This document shows, one piece after another, positions 36,387 to 46,857 of a stretch of 64,000 nucleotides of DNA (the stretch's first letter is position 1; every line of letters begins with the position of its first letter). The stretch is from an uncultured Candidatus Saccharibacteria bacterium. Its GTDB lineage: Bacteria; Patescibacteriota; Minisyncoccia; Phycocordibacterales; UBA9973. The notes below the pieces were generated by a model, which saw nothing but the letters and a program-made list of their open reading frames with translations, was not told the origin of the DNA and did not search any database. The stretch spans positions 80,172 to 144,171 of the forward strand of contig CAYZYV010000001.1 of assembly GCA_964482735.1 (NCBI GenBank), given 5' to 3'. The position numbers and the translations under genes were made by a program.

Positions 36387-38273
36387 TTAATCTTCTTTTT
36401 TCTTTGGGATTATTCCGTTGGCAATTAGAATATCGTTATATTCTTTTTGTTCTAGGGTCTCTACTTCAATAAGCTTCTTGGCTATCACATCTAGAACATT
36501 TCTCTTTTCTGTGATTACCGTTCTAGCCTTAGCGAAAGCGTCTTTCATTATCTTTGAAACTTCTTCATCAATAACAGCGCTAACCTTCTCTGAATATTCT
36601 TTATCATCTACGCCTTGTCCAAAGATCGTTCTTCCACCATCGCTTTCGAGAGCTATTGGACCAATATCATCACTCATCCCCCATCTTGTAACCATAGCTC
36701 TGGCTAAACTAGTTGAGACCTGAAGATCGTTTGATGGGCCTGTAGTAATATCACCAAAGACTTCTTGCTCTGCAACATAGCCTCCGAGAGACATAGCGAT
36801 ATCATCAAGGAATTCTCTCTTGCTTTGCAATTTCTTTTCTTCCAACGGAAGCTTTAGTGTGTAACCACCAGCATGCCCACGAGAAACAATAGAAATTTTA
36901 TGAACAGGGTCTGCATCAGGAAGACATGAAGCAACAAGTGCATGCCCTGCTTCATGATAAGCAACAATTTCTTTCTCTTTGCCAGTTAACAAGTGACTCT
37001 TTCTCTCTGGACCCATCATGACTTTTTCAATAGAACGAATAAGATCATATTGAGAAACCTTTTTCCTGTCTTCCCTTGCTGCAAGAATTGCCCCTTCGTT
37101 CATAATTGAATATAGGTCTGCTCCAGAAAATCCTGGTGTACGTTCAGCAATCACTTTGAGATCAACATCCTCAGCAAACGGCTTCTTTCTGGCGTGAATA
37201 TTTAAAATTTCTTCTCTATCTTCTCTGTCAGGTAAATCAAGCAAGACTCTTCTATCAAAACGTCCTGGGCGAAGAAGAGCAGGATCAAGAACGTCAGAAC
37301 GGTTTGTTGCCGCCATAACAATCACCTTTTCGTTAGGTTCGAAACCATCCATTTCTACGAGTATCTGGTTTAAAGTTTGTTCCCTTTCATCATTTCCTCC
37401 TCCTACACCAGTTCCTCTCACTCGTCCAACAGCATCTATTTCATCTATAAAAATTATTGATGGAGCAGCTCTTTTGGCCATTTTAAATAAATCTCGAACA
37501 CGTGATGCTCCAACCCCAACGAACATTTCAACGAATTCTGAGCCAGACAAATGGAAGAATGGGACTGAGGCTTCACCGGCAACCGCACGAGCTAAGAGTG
37601 TTTTACCTGTACCAGGAGCACCTGTAAGAATTACCCCCTTTGGTATACGAGCCCCAATGTCCAAAAATTTCTTTGGATTTTTCAAAAAGTCTACAATTTC
37701 TTTTAATTCTTCTTTTGCTTCCTTAACACCAGCAACATCCTTAAATGTGACTTTATTATTTTTATCATTTGGATCAGTAATACGAGCTTTTGATTGCCCA
37801 AAAGAGAATGCTTGCATACCCTGTCCTTTCGCTTGTCTTGTTAAGGTCCAAACAAAAAATGCTATCAAAAGAACTGGTAGGGCAAAAGGTAATATTGCCA
37901 ATAAGACATAACCAAAGCTTGACTGATTTTTAATTTCTATAGGAGTTGCAGAAATTGTTTCTCCTGTGATTCCATAGTTAGATAAAGTTTCAGATAAAGA
38001 ACTTTCAGTTTCTTTTTTTGCTTTACCTTTTGTTCCATCTTTAAAATTAATATTAATGTTTTCTCCAGAGATAACAATTTTTTCAACAGAACCGTCACTA
38101 ACACTTTTAGCAACATCTGAAATTGTTAAATTTTTAACTTCTTCTTTTTTCTCTGAAATTAATGTATAAGCCAAAGTAATACTAAAAAATATCAAAATCG
38201 CTATCGTAATTTGATTCATTAGCCCAGGAACCTTTGGTTTTAATTGTTTTTTATTATCTTTACTTGTATTCAT
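36387..38273 (-). CDS. ftsH: ATP-dependent zinc metalloprotease FtsH
   Basis: Two [29 protein letters not shown]. Confidence 0.97.
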   Translation of the reverse strand: MNTSKDNKKQLKPKVPGLMNQITIAILIFFSITLAYTLISEKKEEVKNLTISDVAKSVSDGSVEKIVISGENININFKDGTKGKAKKETESSLSETLSNYGITGETISATPIEIKNQSSFGYVLLAILPFALPVLLIAFFVWTLTRQAKGQGMQAFSFGQSKARITDPNDKNNKVTFKDVAGVKEAKEELKEIVDFLKNPKKFLDIGARIPKGVILTGAPGTGKTLLARAVAGEASVPFFHLSGSEFVEMFVGVGASRVRDLFKMAKRAAPSIIFIDEIDAVGRVRGTGVGGGNDEREQTLNQILVEMDGFEPNEKVIVMAATNRSDVLDPALLRPGRFDRRVLLDLPDREDREEILNIHARKKPFAEDVDLKVIAERTPGFSGADLYSIMNEGAILAAREDRKKVSQYDLIRSIEKVMMGPERKSHLLTGKEKEIVAYHEAGHALVASCLPDADPVHKISIVSRGHAGGYTLKLPLEEKKLQSKREFLDDIAMSLGGYVAEQEVFGDITTGPSNDLQVSTSLARAMVTRWGMSDDIGPIALESDGGRTIFGQGVDDKEYSEKVSAVIDEEVSKIMKDAFAKARTVITEKRNVLDVIAKKLIEVETLEQKEYNDILIANGIIPKKKED

Positions 38274-38358
38274 AAGTAGTATGATTATACCCCAAAAACT
38301 AAATAGTTAAAACAATTCCACCCCTAAGAAAAGTATCTTAGGGGTGTATGTTTAGACG

Positions 38359-38739
38359 TTATTTCTTCTGACGGAAATGTTTTGCAAGGCCTTTCCCTTT
38401 GTTTGCTTTTGCCAAAGGATTAGGCCATGGATTCCAATCTGAATAGAAATAAGTAGGTGGTTTTCTTTTCTCGTCAAAGAGAATGAAATCTTTTTGATGA
38501 AAAAAATTCTTCTTTTCTTTCGGACGAATCGGAGGTTCTGCGTCTTTATGGCTTGTAAGCACACAAAGTTTTAAGTCTTCAAGAAACAAAGGTCTGTACT
38601 CCAAAGAACTCGTGTGGAACCTCTCGTTTCTTTTTTCTAGGTAGGCTTTATGGGCCTCCATAATTTCTCCTATACTAATAGGAGAAACTGTGTCTATTTC
38701 TATCGAAACGACACAAATAAGAACAACTATTAAACTCAC
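38359..38739 (-). CDS. Hypothetical protein
   Basis: 126-aa ORF with N-terminal hydrophobic stretch, own -10 box and downstream hairpin. Confidence 0.4.
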   Translation of the reverse strand: MSLIVVLICVVSIEIDTVSPISIGEIMEAHKAYLEKRNERFHTSSLEYRPLFLEDLKLCVLTSHKDAEPPIRPKEKKNFFHQKDFILFDEKRKPPTYFYSDWNPWPNPLAKANKGKGLAKHFRQKK

Positions 38740-38855
38740 GGTCTAAGCTTTAATTATTTACCCCCATATATACCACAAAAGAAGTTAAATTCAAAACATC
38801 TAAAAGTCTCTAGGAGTCTATTTGAAAATAATCTATTTGCTGATAACATATAAGT

Positions 38856-39299
38856 ATGGCGATATTTTTGGACAACAGAAAAGCTCACTTCAACTACTCT
38901 ATAGAGGATACTTTTGAGGCAGGGATAGAATTGCTTGGTTTTGAAGTGAAATCAATTAAAAAAGGTCAGGGTAATCTAAACTCGGCTTTTTGTATCGTAA
39001 GAGGTGGAGAGGCTTATATAATAGGACTCCACGTTCCACCATATCAGCCAAACAATACTGACACAACTTATGACCCAGACAGAACCAGAAAGCTCTTGCT
39101 ATCAAAAAAAGAAATTAAGAAACTAGCCGACAAGGATGACATTAAAGGTTTGACTCTAGTCCCCCTTTCAATGTATAGTAAGGGTCCATACATCAAAGTC
39201 TCTGTAGCGGTTGCTCGTGGTAAAAAAGTTTTTGATAAAAGGGAAACAATTAAAAACCGTGACTTGGACAGAGAAATGGCTAGAGAGTATAAAAGATAG
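38856..39299 (+). CDS. smpB: SsrA-binding protein
   Basis: NRKAHFNY, EAGIELLGFEVKSI, RTRKLLL, GKKVFDKRE. Confidence 0.96.
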   Translation: MAIFLDNRKAHFNYSIEDTFEAGIELLGFEVKSIKKGQGNLNSAFCIVRGGEAYIIGLHVPPYQPNNTDTTYDPDRTRKLLLSKKEIKKLADKDDIKGLTLVPLSMYSKGPYIKVSVAVARGKKVFDKRETIKNRDLDREMAREYKR

Positions 39300-39315
39300 T
39301 TCGTTGAAAAATTTT

Positions 39316-39704
39316 GGGGATGATCGGCTTCGACAAGTGGAATCATCTTATATATGCATGTAAAGTACTCAGGAATCTTTTGAAACTTCCTGAAAAAGAC
39401 TAAGTGCAAACAAAGTCGCAAAGGTTGCATCACCCTATGCTTCGGCATTCGGTAATCCAGCTTTCGCTTTCGCCTAAACGGCCAGAGCGATGTCTGCTCT
39501 TTTGACACCCGATATAAAGAGTAGGCATCATTCATCGGGTTAAGGTTTTGCAGGTGCTTGTCGCAAAATCTGACAAGTTAAAGCTCGATATTTATCTTTT
39601 TTGTGTGTTCTCTAGGATAAATATTTAAAACCAATGAACACAATAAACATGTAGATTTATTTAGGAGTTTCATTTGCACGCGGGTTCGATTCCCGCCATC
39701 TCCA
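39316..39704 (+). ncRNA. ssrA: tmRNA; tag ORF 39406-39477 ANKVAKVASPYASAFGNPAFAFA
   Basis: GGGGATG..TTCGAC 5' end; GCGGGTTCGATTCCCGCCATCTCCA 3' end; adjacent to smpB. Confidence 0.95.
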
Positions 39705-40069
39705 CACGTTGAAAAAAGAGTCCGTCGCAAGACGGCCTTTTTTCTTGTGTGGAGATGAGCGAGCAAACTGCTTTGCTCGCGTGCGGGAATCGAAAGGCTT
39801 TTCCGTACGAACGAAGTGAGGTGGAAAAGCACCCGCGACCGTAGGGCGAGATTCCCGTTTCAATGATGGCGGGAATCGAACCGAGCTCCGACAAAGTCCG
39901 CGAAGCGGCCGGAGCGAGTGGGGGTCGAGCGAGTGAGATATTTTATGAGTGGTAACGAAATAAAATATCCACGAGAGTGACCGATGAACCTATTCTGCTT
40001 TGCTCGCGTGCGGGAATCGAAAGGCTTTTCCGTACGAACGAAGTGAGGTGGAAAAGCACCCGCGACCGT
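39705..40069 (+). repeat. Nested-hairpin element array at the tmRNA 3' end
   Basis: Three antisense T-arm copies GCGGGAATCGAA; 75-bp direct repeat 39768-39842 = 39995-40069. Confidence 0.8.
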
Positions 40070-40155
40070 TTAATATTACATAATGGCTGGGATAGAGCTG
40101 GGGAGCTCAAATTGTGTCTATAGGGAGAGAATTAATTATTTAATTCTCTCTTTTT

Positions 40156-41919
40156 TTATTTCACCAATTTCTCTAATTTTTTAATATCTTCCTCAATTGC
40201 TTTAATTCCATTTTCAAAAAACTTAGGATTTCTTATGTTTATACCTATATCTCCAAAAATATCTTCAGGACTTTTACTACCTCCAGCTTTTAGAAATTGT
40301 TCTATTTTGTCTTTAAAATTTTTATCTTTCTTGTATTCATAATACAAAGCATTACTTATAAGACAACCATAAGCATACGAATAGACATAAAAGAATGTCC
40401 GGATATGCCTCCACGATACAAAGAAGTAACCATCTTCGTCAGTAAGATCAAACAAAGGGCCCAGATAATTTTTCATATGCTTATTCATTATTTTGGCGAT
40501 ATCTTCTTTTGTGCAATAACCATCTTTTCTAATCGTTTCGTGCAATTCTTTCTCAAAATTAAAACAAGCTATTTGTCTAAAGATCGTAGCAATACCATCA
40601 TTTATCCTATTGTGTAGGGCAACTATTTTTTCCTTATCAGAAAGTTTTTCATATATTTCTTCAAAAACAAAATTTTCAAACAAAGTACTGGCAGTTTCTG
40701 CGACAGATATTGTGTAATCAGCATAAATAGCAGGTTGTGTATGGGCCATCTCTGTATGGATGGCATGCCCCATTTCATGTCCTATAGTTAAAACAGAATT
40801 ATAGTTGTCTGCATGATTTAGCAAGACAAAAGTTGGCAAACCATACCCTCCCCAACAGTAAGCTCCTCCCCTTTTCCCTTTTTTAGGATAAACATCTATT
40901 TGCCCATTCTTTAAATAATTGGTAAAAATTTCCAAGTATTTTTCATCAATTTTTTTATATGTATCTGAAAGTAGTTTAACTGTTTCTTCAAAGGAAAAGT
41001 TTTTATTAATTGTTCCGACAGAAGCAGACCTGTCGGCATAGGTTAATCTTTTTTCTTTTAACAACTTAGCTTTTATTTTGTAAAAACGGTGAGCCACTTT
41101 AAAATTATCAGTTACTACCTTTACTAAATTCTCAACGACAGCCTCATCGTTCTCATAACTTTTAACAGTGGCCTGATAAGGCGTTTTAAATCCCCTTAAT
41201 TCATCAGATATTTTCTTCGTGGTATAAACAGCATTAATTTCTGCTTCGCTAAAGTCAGACGCTTCCATTAGTTTTTTATTAATCAAACTATTTAAAGACC
41301 TCCTATCCTTTGTTTTAAGATTAGACAGTATTCCAGAAGCTTTGCTTATAGGAATTAATTCATTTTTAAATTTTATTTCCTGTTTGCTTAAAACCTTGTC
41401 CACACCTTCTGTCCACATTGAAGTCGAAGGGGTGCTTAATAAATTAATCATCTTTTCTTCTGCTTCAGAAAGTGAATACCTTGACTCTTCAAAAACTTTT
41501 TTTAAGAAGTAGTGATATTTGCTAAGAGATTTATCTTTTAAAAACATTCTTTGATCTTTAATATCTATTTTACCCAAAGCCAAAACAAAAAATAAAGTTC
41601 TGTTGCTTATTTTATTTAACCTTTCTTGATATAAATTAATTTTTGCACTTAAAATTTTGTTATCTGAATCAATATCTTTTCTTAAATGAAAATAAAAATA
41701 AGGTTTAGCAAAACGAGGTGTAGTGTTTAATTTTTCATAATCCTTACAAGCCTGTAGTAGACTATTTGGATTAGTAGTATAACTAAAATTATTACGATAT
41801 TTTTTTTCAAAAGATATCGCCTCTTTCTCAAAATCATTAAAATCCTTTTCTATCTGTGGATCATTGTCGTTTTTATAAAAAAGCTTAAAATTCCAGTTTG
41901 TCTTGATATTATTCTTCAT
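40156..41919 (-). CDS. pepF: M3 family oligoendopeptidase F
   Basis: GKRGGAY, HEMGH, AETAS, FYVYSYAYG. Confidence 0.9.
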   Translation of the reverse strand: MKNNIKTNWNFKLFYKNDNDPQIEKDFNDFEKEAISFEKKYRNNFSYTTNPNSLLQACKDYEKLNTTPRFAKPYFYFHLRKDIDSDNKILSAKINLYQERLNKISNRTLFFVLALGKIDIKDQRMFLKDKSLSKYHYFLKKVFEESRYSLSEAEEKMINLLSTPSTSMWTEGVDKVLSKQEIKFKNELIPISKASGILSNLKTKDRRSLNSLINKKLMEASDFSEAEINAVYTTKKISDELRGFKTPYQATVKSYENDEAVVENLVKVVTDNFKVAHRFYKIKAKLLKEKRLTYADRSASVGTINKNFSFEETVKLLSDTYKKIDEKYLEIFTNYLKNGQIDVYPKKGKRGGAYCWGGYGLPTFVLLNHADNYNSVLTIGHEMGHAIHTEMAHTQPAIYADYTISVAETASTLFENFVFEEIYEKLSDKEKIVALHNRINDGIATIFRQIACFNFEKELHETIRKDGYCTKEDIAKIMNKHMKNYLGPLFDLTDEDGYFFVSWRHIRTFFYVYSYAYGCLISNALYYEYKKDKNFKDKIEQFLKAGGSKSPEDIFGDIGINIRNPKFFENGIKAIEEDIKKLEKLVK

Positions 41920-42009
41920 AAATATAATAATATCATATTTTTCTTTCTTTGTTTGACTTCGTTGTTTTTGAGAGATAATATGATATTAAACAGTTTAAAT
42001 AGAAAGATT

Positions 42010-42480
42010 ATGGAGATAAACCTTGACGACATAAGGACTTTTAAGGGGCCTTATGAGGAAATTCCAGACATTGATCCTATAGGACTACAAGTATACAACT
42101 TGATATTCTTGGGAGAGATGAATCTGGTAGAAAAAATATCTTATACTTTATATGTCAGATGTACAAAGGAAGCAGAGGAAATTTACAAAAGTTTATCTGG
42201 GGGTCAAGAGATGGACGAGGTGGCAAATCTAGACGAAAAGTTGTTCGAAATTTTCACTCGTGGAAATAAGAAAGAAAAACGTGAAACTGATAGGATTGCA
42301 ACTGCCTTAGAAAAAGCAGACTCGTGGTATTCATTTTTTTCGTCCCAGGTAAGACAAAGATTTTTCTTACCACCACACAGAGGACTTTTCTATTTGCCAG
42401 GGTACTTAATTTTATCTTTCTCTTCTACTAGAGAACAAGGGATTGATATTTTTTCTAATCGTAAAGAGTTTTTGGTTTAA
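42010..42480 (+). CDS. Hypothetical protein
   Basis: ORF with promoter-like TTGACT..GATAAT upstream and terminator after; start uncertain. Confidence 0.55.
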   Translation: MEINLDDIRTFKGPYEEIPDIDPIGLQVYNLIFLGEMNLVEKISYTLYVRCTKEAEEIYKSLSGGQEMDEVANLDEKLFEIFTRGNKKEKRETDRIATALEKADSWYSFFSSQVRQRFFLPPHRGLFYLPGYLILSFSSTREQGIDIFSNRKEFLV

Positions 42481-42585
42481 GAAACCGCCTACAATTCTCG
42501 GCGGTTTTTTTATTTTTAAATTGTTTGACACTCCACATTAACTGGTTTAAGATATAAGCAAAACCAAATTAAAAACAATATAATC

Positions 42586-42912
42586 ATGGACGAAAAAGAC
42601 GAAGAAGATATATCTAAGAATTGCTTAGGTATCTTCAAGAAAGTAGGATTTGTCTTTTCTACCCCAGAAGGAGTTATTCCTGATTTAGGGGAAATAAAGG
42701 ATGGGCGCATAGTGATCCGTGGAAGGATAGAGGTTTCAGCAAAAGATAACAACAATTTTGTTCTTTCTTTTGTCAAAAAAAACCAAAACAAGGAAATCCG
42801 AGATCTAGACAGGAGCCCTGATCTAGAGTTATACGAGGACTGCGGACTCTTTGGATATCACTACGCAATAGTAGTTCCTAGAAACCAAATTACCCTGGCC
42901 AGAATGGCCTAG
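42586..42912 (+). CDS. Hypothetical protein
   Basis: 108-aa ORF, TTGACA..TATAAG upstream, terminator downstream. Confidence 0.55.
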   Translation: MDEKDEEDISKNCLGIFKKVGFVFSTPEGVIPDLGEIKDGRIVIRGRIEVSAKDNNNFVLSFVKKNQNKEIRDLDRSPDLELYEDCGLFGYHYAIVVPRNQITLARMA

Positions 42913-42979
42913 AGCTGTATATAAAAAGACCTGTTTTGCTTAAGGCAAGACAGGTCATTTTTATTTCGAACCCAGTATA

Positions 42980-43243
42980 TTACATTTGTGGTTCTGTTGG
43001 TGTTTGAGCTGGGGTTACTGGAGCTTCTTTGGTTTCTACTTTTTTATCACACTTTTTGCATGAAAAAAGAGAGAAAATGCTATAGATTGCAGATATTCCA
43101 ACTAGAATATATATTATCCTAGAAACAAGTGCACCCTGCCCTCCGAAGATAGAACCAACATCAACTCCAAATAATCCTACTAGAAGCCAGTTAAGACCTC
43201 CGATTATTAGAAGCACAAAAGTTATTAAGCCTAAATCTTTCAT
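42980..43243 (-). CDS. DUF378 membrane protein
   Basis: LLIIGGLNWLLVGLF..SRIIYILVGISA. Confidence 0.88.
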   Translation of the reverse strand: MKDLGLITFVLLIIGGLNWLLVGLFGVDVGSIFGGQGALVSRIIYILVGISAIYSIFSLFSCKKCDKKVETKEAPVTPAQTPTEPQM

Positions 43244-43422
43244 TTTTTTAAAAATAATAGTTATTATAATAAATATCGACTCATTTTTACTAATACATAT
43301 ATTATACCAAACAATCTATTTTATTAACAATCAAGCCCCTAAAACCCATTTGCTATATTCCATCAAATATGCTAGTATTTGGCTTAGGTAGGTAATCTAT
43401 TTATTTCTATCGGAATTATAAA

Positions 43423-43932
43423 TTGAGAGAACGAATCAACAATCAAATAAGAGCAAGTGAGGTCAGAGTGATCTCAAATGAAGGAGTCAATCTAGGCGTT
43501 TTTAGTATTAAAGAAGCTCTAGAAAAAGCTGTTTCTGCTGGTTTTGATTTGATTGAAGTCTCTCCCAACACTAATCCCCCAATAGTAAAAATAGCAGATT
43601 ACGGTAAGTACAAATACGAACAAAAAAAGAAACTGCAGAAATCTAAAGCTGGCGCTAAAACAACCGAAACCAAGTCAATTCAAATAAAGATTGGTACAGG
43701 TGATAATGATTTAGCTCTCAAGGCCAGAAAGGCTTCTCTTTGGCTTAAAGAAGGACATCGTATAAAAGTAGAACTATTTGTTTCCGGTCGTTCTAAATTT
43801 ATGCAAGAATCATTCTTAAAAGAGAGATTGGACAGAGTACTTCACTTAATTACCGAAAACTTTAAAATAGCAGAGGATTATAAAAGGGGTCCAAAAGGTC
43901 CAACAATTACAATAGAAAAAGATAATAAATAA
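43423..43932 (+). CDS. infC: Translation initiation factor IF-3 (TTG start)
   Basis: RINNQIRASEVRVI, DYGKYKYE; precedes rpmI-rplT. Confidence 0.95.
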   Translation: MRERINNQIRASEVRVISNEGVNLGVFSIKEALEKAVSAGFDLIEVSPNTNPPIVKIADYGKYKYEQKKKLQKSKAGAKTTETKSIQIKIGTGDNDLALKARKASLWLKEGHRIKVELFVSGRSKFMQESFLKERLDRVLHLITENFKIAEDYKRGPKGPTITIEKDNK

Positions 43933-43937
43933 GTTTT

Positions 43938-44129
43938 ATGTCTATCAAAACAAACAAATCACTAACCAAGAGACTAAAGGTTACCAAAAACGGTAAGGTT
44001 TTATCTAGGGCTCCTGGGTTTAACCATTTTAATGCTAAGCAATCAAGAAAAAAACAACTTAACGGTCGCAAATCTGTAGAAAAGAAGTTTTCTAACAAAA
44101 TCAAGAGAACTTATTTACCAAACGCTTAA
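43938..44129 (+). CDS. rpmI: 50S ribosomal protein L35
   Basis: KTNKSLTKRLKVTKNGK; synteny. Confidence 0.92.
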   Translation: MSIKTNKSLTKRLKVTKNGKVLSRAPGFNHFNAKQSRKKQLNGRKSVEKKFSNKIKRTYLPNA

Positions 44130-44149
44130 TAATAAATTAATAAAATACC

Positions 44150-44491
44150 ATGACAAGAGTTAAAGTAGGAGTAATAAAAAACAAGCGAAGAAAGAACATC
44201 TTATCACAAGCAAAAGGATTTCGTTTTGGTCGTAGCAAGAAAGTTATTCAAGCTAAAGATGCATTGTTGCACGCTGGTAGCCACGCCTTTGCACACCGAA
44301 AAGATAAAAAAGCTGATGCAAGAAGACTTTGGACAACTAGAATCAACGCTGCTCTAAGACCCCTAAACATATCTTACAGTAAATTCATTGACGGTCTTAA
44401 GAAAAAGAACAGTATCATTGACCGAAAAATACTTTCTGACCTAGCAAAAAACAATCCCGAAACTTTCGAAAGAATAGTAAAGAGTATTTAA
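44150..44491 (+). CDS. rplT: 50S ribosomal protein L20
   Basis: MTRVK, RRLWTTRINAA, DRKILSDLA. Confidence 0.96.
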   Translation: MTRVKVGVIKNKRRKNILSQAKGFRFGRSKKVIQAKDALLHAGSHAFAHRKDKKADARRLWTTRINAALRPLNISYSKFIDGLKKKNSIIDRKILSDLAKNNPETFERIVKSI

Positions 44492-44541
44492 AAAAAATAA
44501 AAACCCTTCAACACAAATCGAAGGGTTTTTATTTTTTTAAA

Positions 44542-45912
44542 TTAACATTCAAGATAGACAGTCTCCCCTGCAACAGGGGCTCTAGCCTTTACACCAAGAG
44601 AATCATTAATCCTCTGTGCAAGAAACATGGCTGATTTCGGTTCTCCCATCACTGCATAAACCTTTTCTAGGGTTTTAGAATTTTCTTCTACAAAAGATAA
44701 CAGTCTATCAGAATCTTTATGTCCAGAATATCCATCTATAAAAACAACTCCAGCCTTTACCTTCACTTCCGCTCCCATTATGCGTATCTTTTTAGCTCCA
44801 TCTTGGATAGTTCTTCCAAGAGTCCCCATTGTTTGATAACCAGTAAGCAAGAGGGTGTTTTTCCGATCTGGAAGATAGTTTCTTTCGTGATGCAAAATTC
44901 TTCCACCGTTAGACATTCCACTACCAGCTATCACTATCTTAGGTGGAGGTACTTCTAAAATCCCCTTTGACTCTTCAGTTTCTGGTGTTTTTCTTAAACC
45001 TGGAAAATCAAAAAGTTGATCACCTGAAGCAATTAATTTTTTGGCAGTTTCATTGAAATAGTCTCCGTACTTTAAGTAGATATTAGTTAACTTAATAGAA
45101 AGCGGTGAATCCAAATAAATAGGCATTTGAGGGACTATTTTATTCTCGACTAGAGAGTTTATTTCATATAACAGTTCTTGTGTTCGTTCCAAAGAAAAAG
45201 TTGGGATAATTAATGTTCCACCTTTTTTATAATTATCTTTGATAATTTTTTCAAGTTTGTGTTTTCTTTCTGTTCTTTCTTCGTGATTTCGATCACCATA
45301 AACAGATTCCATAATTAGATAGTTAACATCTTTCAAAACTTCTGTATCTGGCAAAAGAGGAGATGGAGAATTCCCAAGGTCTCCTGTAAAAACTATTTTT
45401 TTATCATTATAAACAAGCTCTAGCATACCTGATCCTAGTATGTGCCCAGCATCTCTAAAAACAAATTTAAAACCATGGTCAACATTAATCTCTTGTCCAT
45501 ATTTAACTGTCTCCCAAAGTTCAAAAGCCCTGTCTACATTCTTGTGAGTAAATATATCTTCAATAATAGGATCCTCATCTCTCAATAGTAACTGAGCGGT
45601 ATCGGACAACATTTCTCTTGTAATAAATTTAGTAGGTTCTACAGAGATTATTTTACCCTTAAAACCTTCATGAATAAGCTTGGGAATACGTCCAATATGA
45701 TCAACATGGCTGTGGGTTACAAATAAAATATCAATCTCACTGGCATCGTATGGAAATTTTGTCCAGTTTAATTCATCAATAAATTTTTCCCCCTGAATTA
45801 ATCCACAATCAATCAAAAATTTCTTACCATTCCCTTCTAAAAGAAAATTAGCCCCAGTAACTGTTCCCGCTCCAGAGCAAAACGTTAGCTTTAGATTTTT
45901 ATCTTTTTCCAT
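44542..45912 (-). CDS. MBL-fold beta-CASP ribonuclease
   Basis: THSHVDHIG, AGHILGS, MESVYGDR, YSGH. Confidence 0.9.
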   Translation of the reverse strand: MEKDKNLKLTFCSGAGTVTGANFLLEGNGKKFLIDCGLIQGEKFIDELNWTKFPYDASEIDILFVTHSHVDHIGRIPKLIHEGFKGKIISVEPTKFITREMLSDTAQLLLRDEDPIIEDIFTHKNVDRAFELWETVKYGQEINVDHGFKFVFRDAGHILGSGMLELVYNDKKIVFTGDLGNSPSPLLPDTEVLKDVNYLIMESVYGDRNHEERTERKHKLEKIIKDNYKKGGTLIIPTFSLERTQELLYEINSLVENKIVPQMPIYLDSPLSIKLTNIYLKYGDYFNETAKKLIASGDQLFDFPGLRKTPETEESKGILEVPPPKIVIAGSGMSNGGRILHHERNYLPDRKNTLLLTGYQTMGTLGRTIQDGAKKIRIMGAEVKVKAGVVFIDGYSGHKDSDRLLSFVEENSKTLEKVYAVMGEPKSAMFLAQRINDSLGVKARAPVAGETVYLEC

Positions 45913-46006
45913 TCCTCTATTATACACAATCGTGTTAAAAAAATGAAATAAAAAATCCCCCACAAGATAATGTTTTTGAGCAAAAATCTTATGGGGAATT
46001 CCTTAT

Positions 46007-46157
46007 TAGGACTATCAAATAATGTATTACCCTAGCTCTTACGCTAGGTGGGAATAGGAGTGATACGAATTTGTTAACATTAATACGTCACAGCATCGCA
46101 TAACCACCGGACATCCCATTTTAAATTGTTCTAGGTAATACACCTTGAATAATCCTA
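46007..46157 (-). ncRNA. Probable 6S RNA
   Basis: Rod-like fold: ~27-nt closing stem, A-rich central bubble, 3' side hairpin; own TTGCAG..TATACT promoter and downstream terminator. Confidence 0.6.
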
Positions 46158-46257
46158 TCTAAAGTATACTCCAAGCCTAGTTATCTGCAAGACTATTTTA
46201 TCAAAACATCACGTTTTTGATACAAATTCAAATAAAATTTTGAACGAAGATTATAAG

Positions 46258-46788
46258 CTAAAGGCTTTTGGAATCAGTATTTTTTCTTTGAGTAAATTTC
46301 TCATAAACCGTCTCATAAGAATACAATTCTGGTTCTGAAAACCAGTAATCAATCTCCTTTTCTGCGTCTTCTTGACTACCTGAAGCATGAATAATGTTGC
46401 ATATTCCAACTTTTTCACTATCTGCATAATCAAAACTAATGTGTGCATAATCTCCTCTGATAGTTCCAGGCAAAGAAGCCTTTGGCTCTGTGACCCCTAC
46501 CATCTTTCTAACCATAGCGACAGCCTCTATTCCTTCTATAACGAAAGCAATAACAGGACCTTCACACATCATTCTAACTGTCATATCAAAAGCTTCTTGA
46601 CCTCTTCTCGTTATCATCTTGCCTATTTCTTCATAATGATGATAATAATGCTTCTGACTAGGTTGCAACATTTTAGCTCCAACAATTTTAAAACCAGCTC
46701 TTTCGAAACGAGTTAAAATTTCTCCAACGATACCTCTCTGGACTGAATCTGGTTTAAACACAATCAAAGTTCTCTCTATTTTTGCCAT
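46258..46788 (-). CDS. ndk: Nucleoside diphosphate kinase
   Basis: ERTLIVFKPDSVQR, PGTIRGDY, NIIHAS. Confidence 0.95.
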   Translation of the reverse strand: MAKIERTLIVFKPDSVQRGIVGEILTRFERAGFKIVGAKMLQPSQKHYYHHYEEIGKMITRRGQEAFDMTVRMMCEGPVIAFVIEGIEAVAMVRKMVGVTEPKASLPGTIRGDYAHISFDYADSEKVGICNIIHASGSQEDAEKEIDYWFSEPELYSYETVYEKFTQRKNTDSKSL

Positions 46789-46857
46789 ATAAAAAATATA
46801 TTCATGATTAACTAAGTAATAAGTAAAAAATAGCACAAAAACCCCAAAAAACAAAAT

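Noticed and set aside
38400-38445. NPWP motif shared with the rSAM-adjacent peptide
   Set aside because: A four-residue match 10 kb away with no other similarity; likely chance
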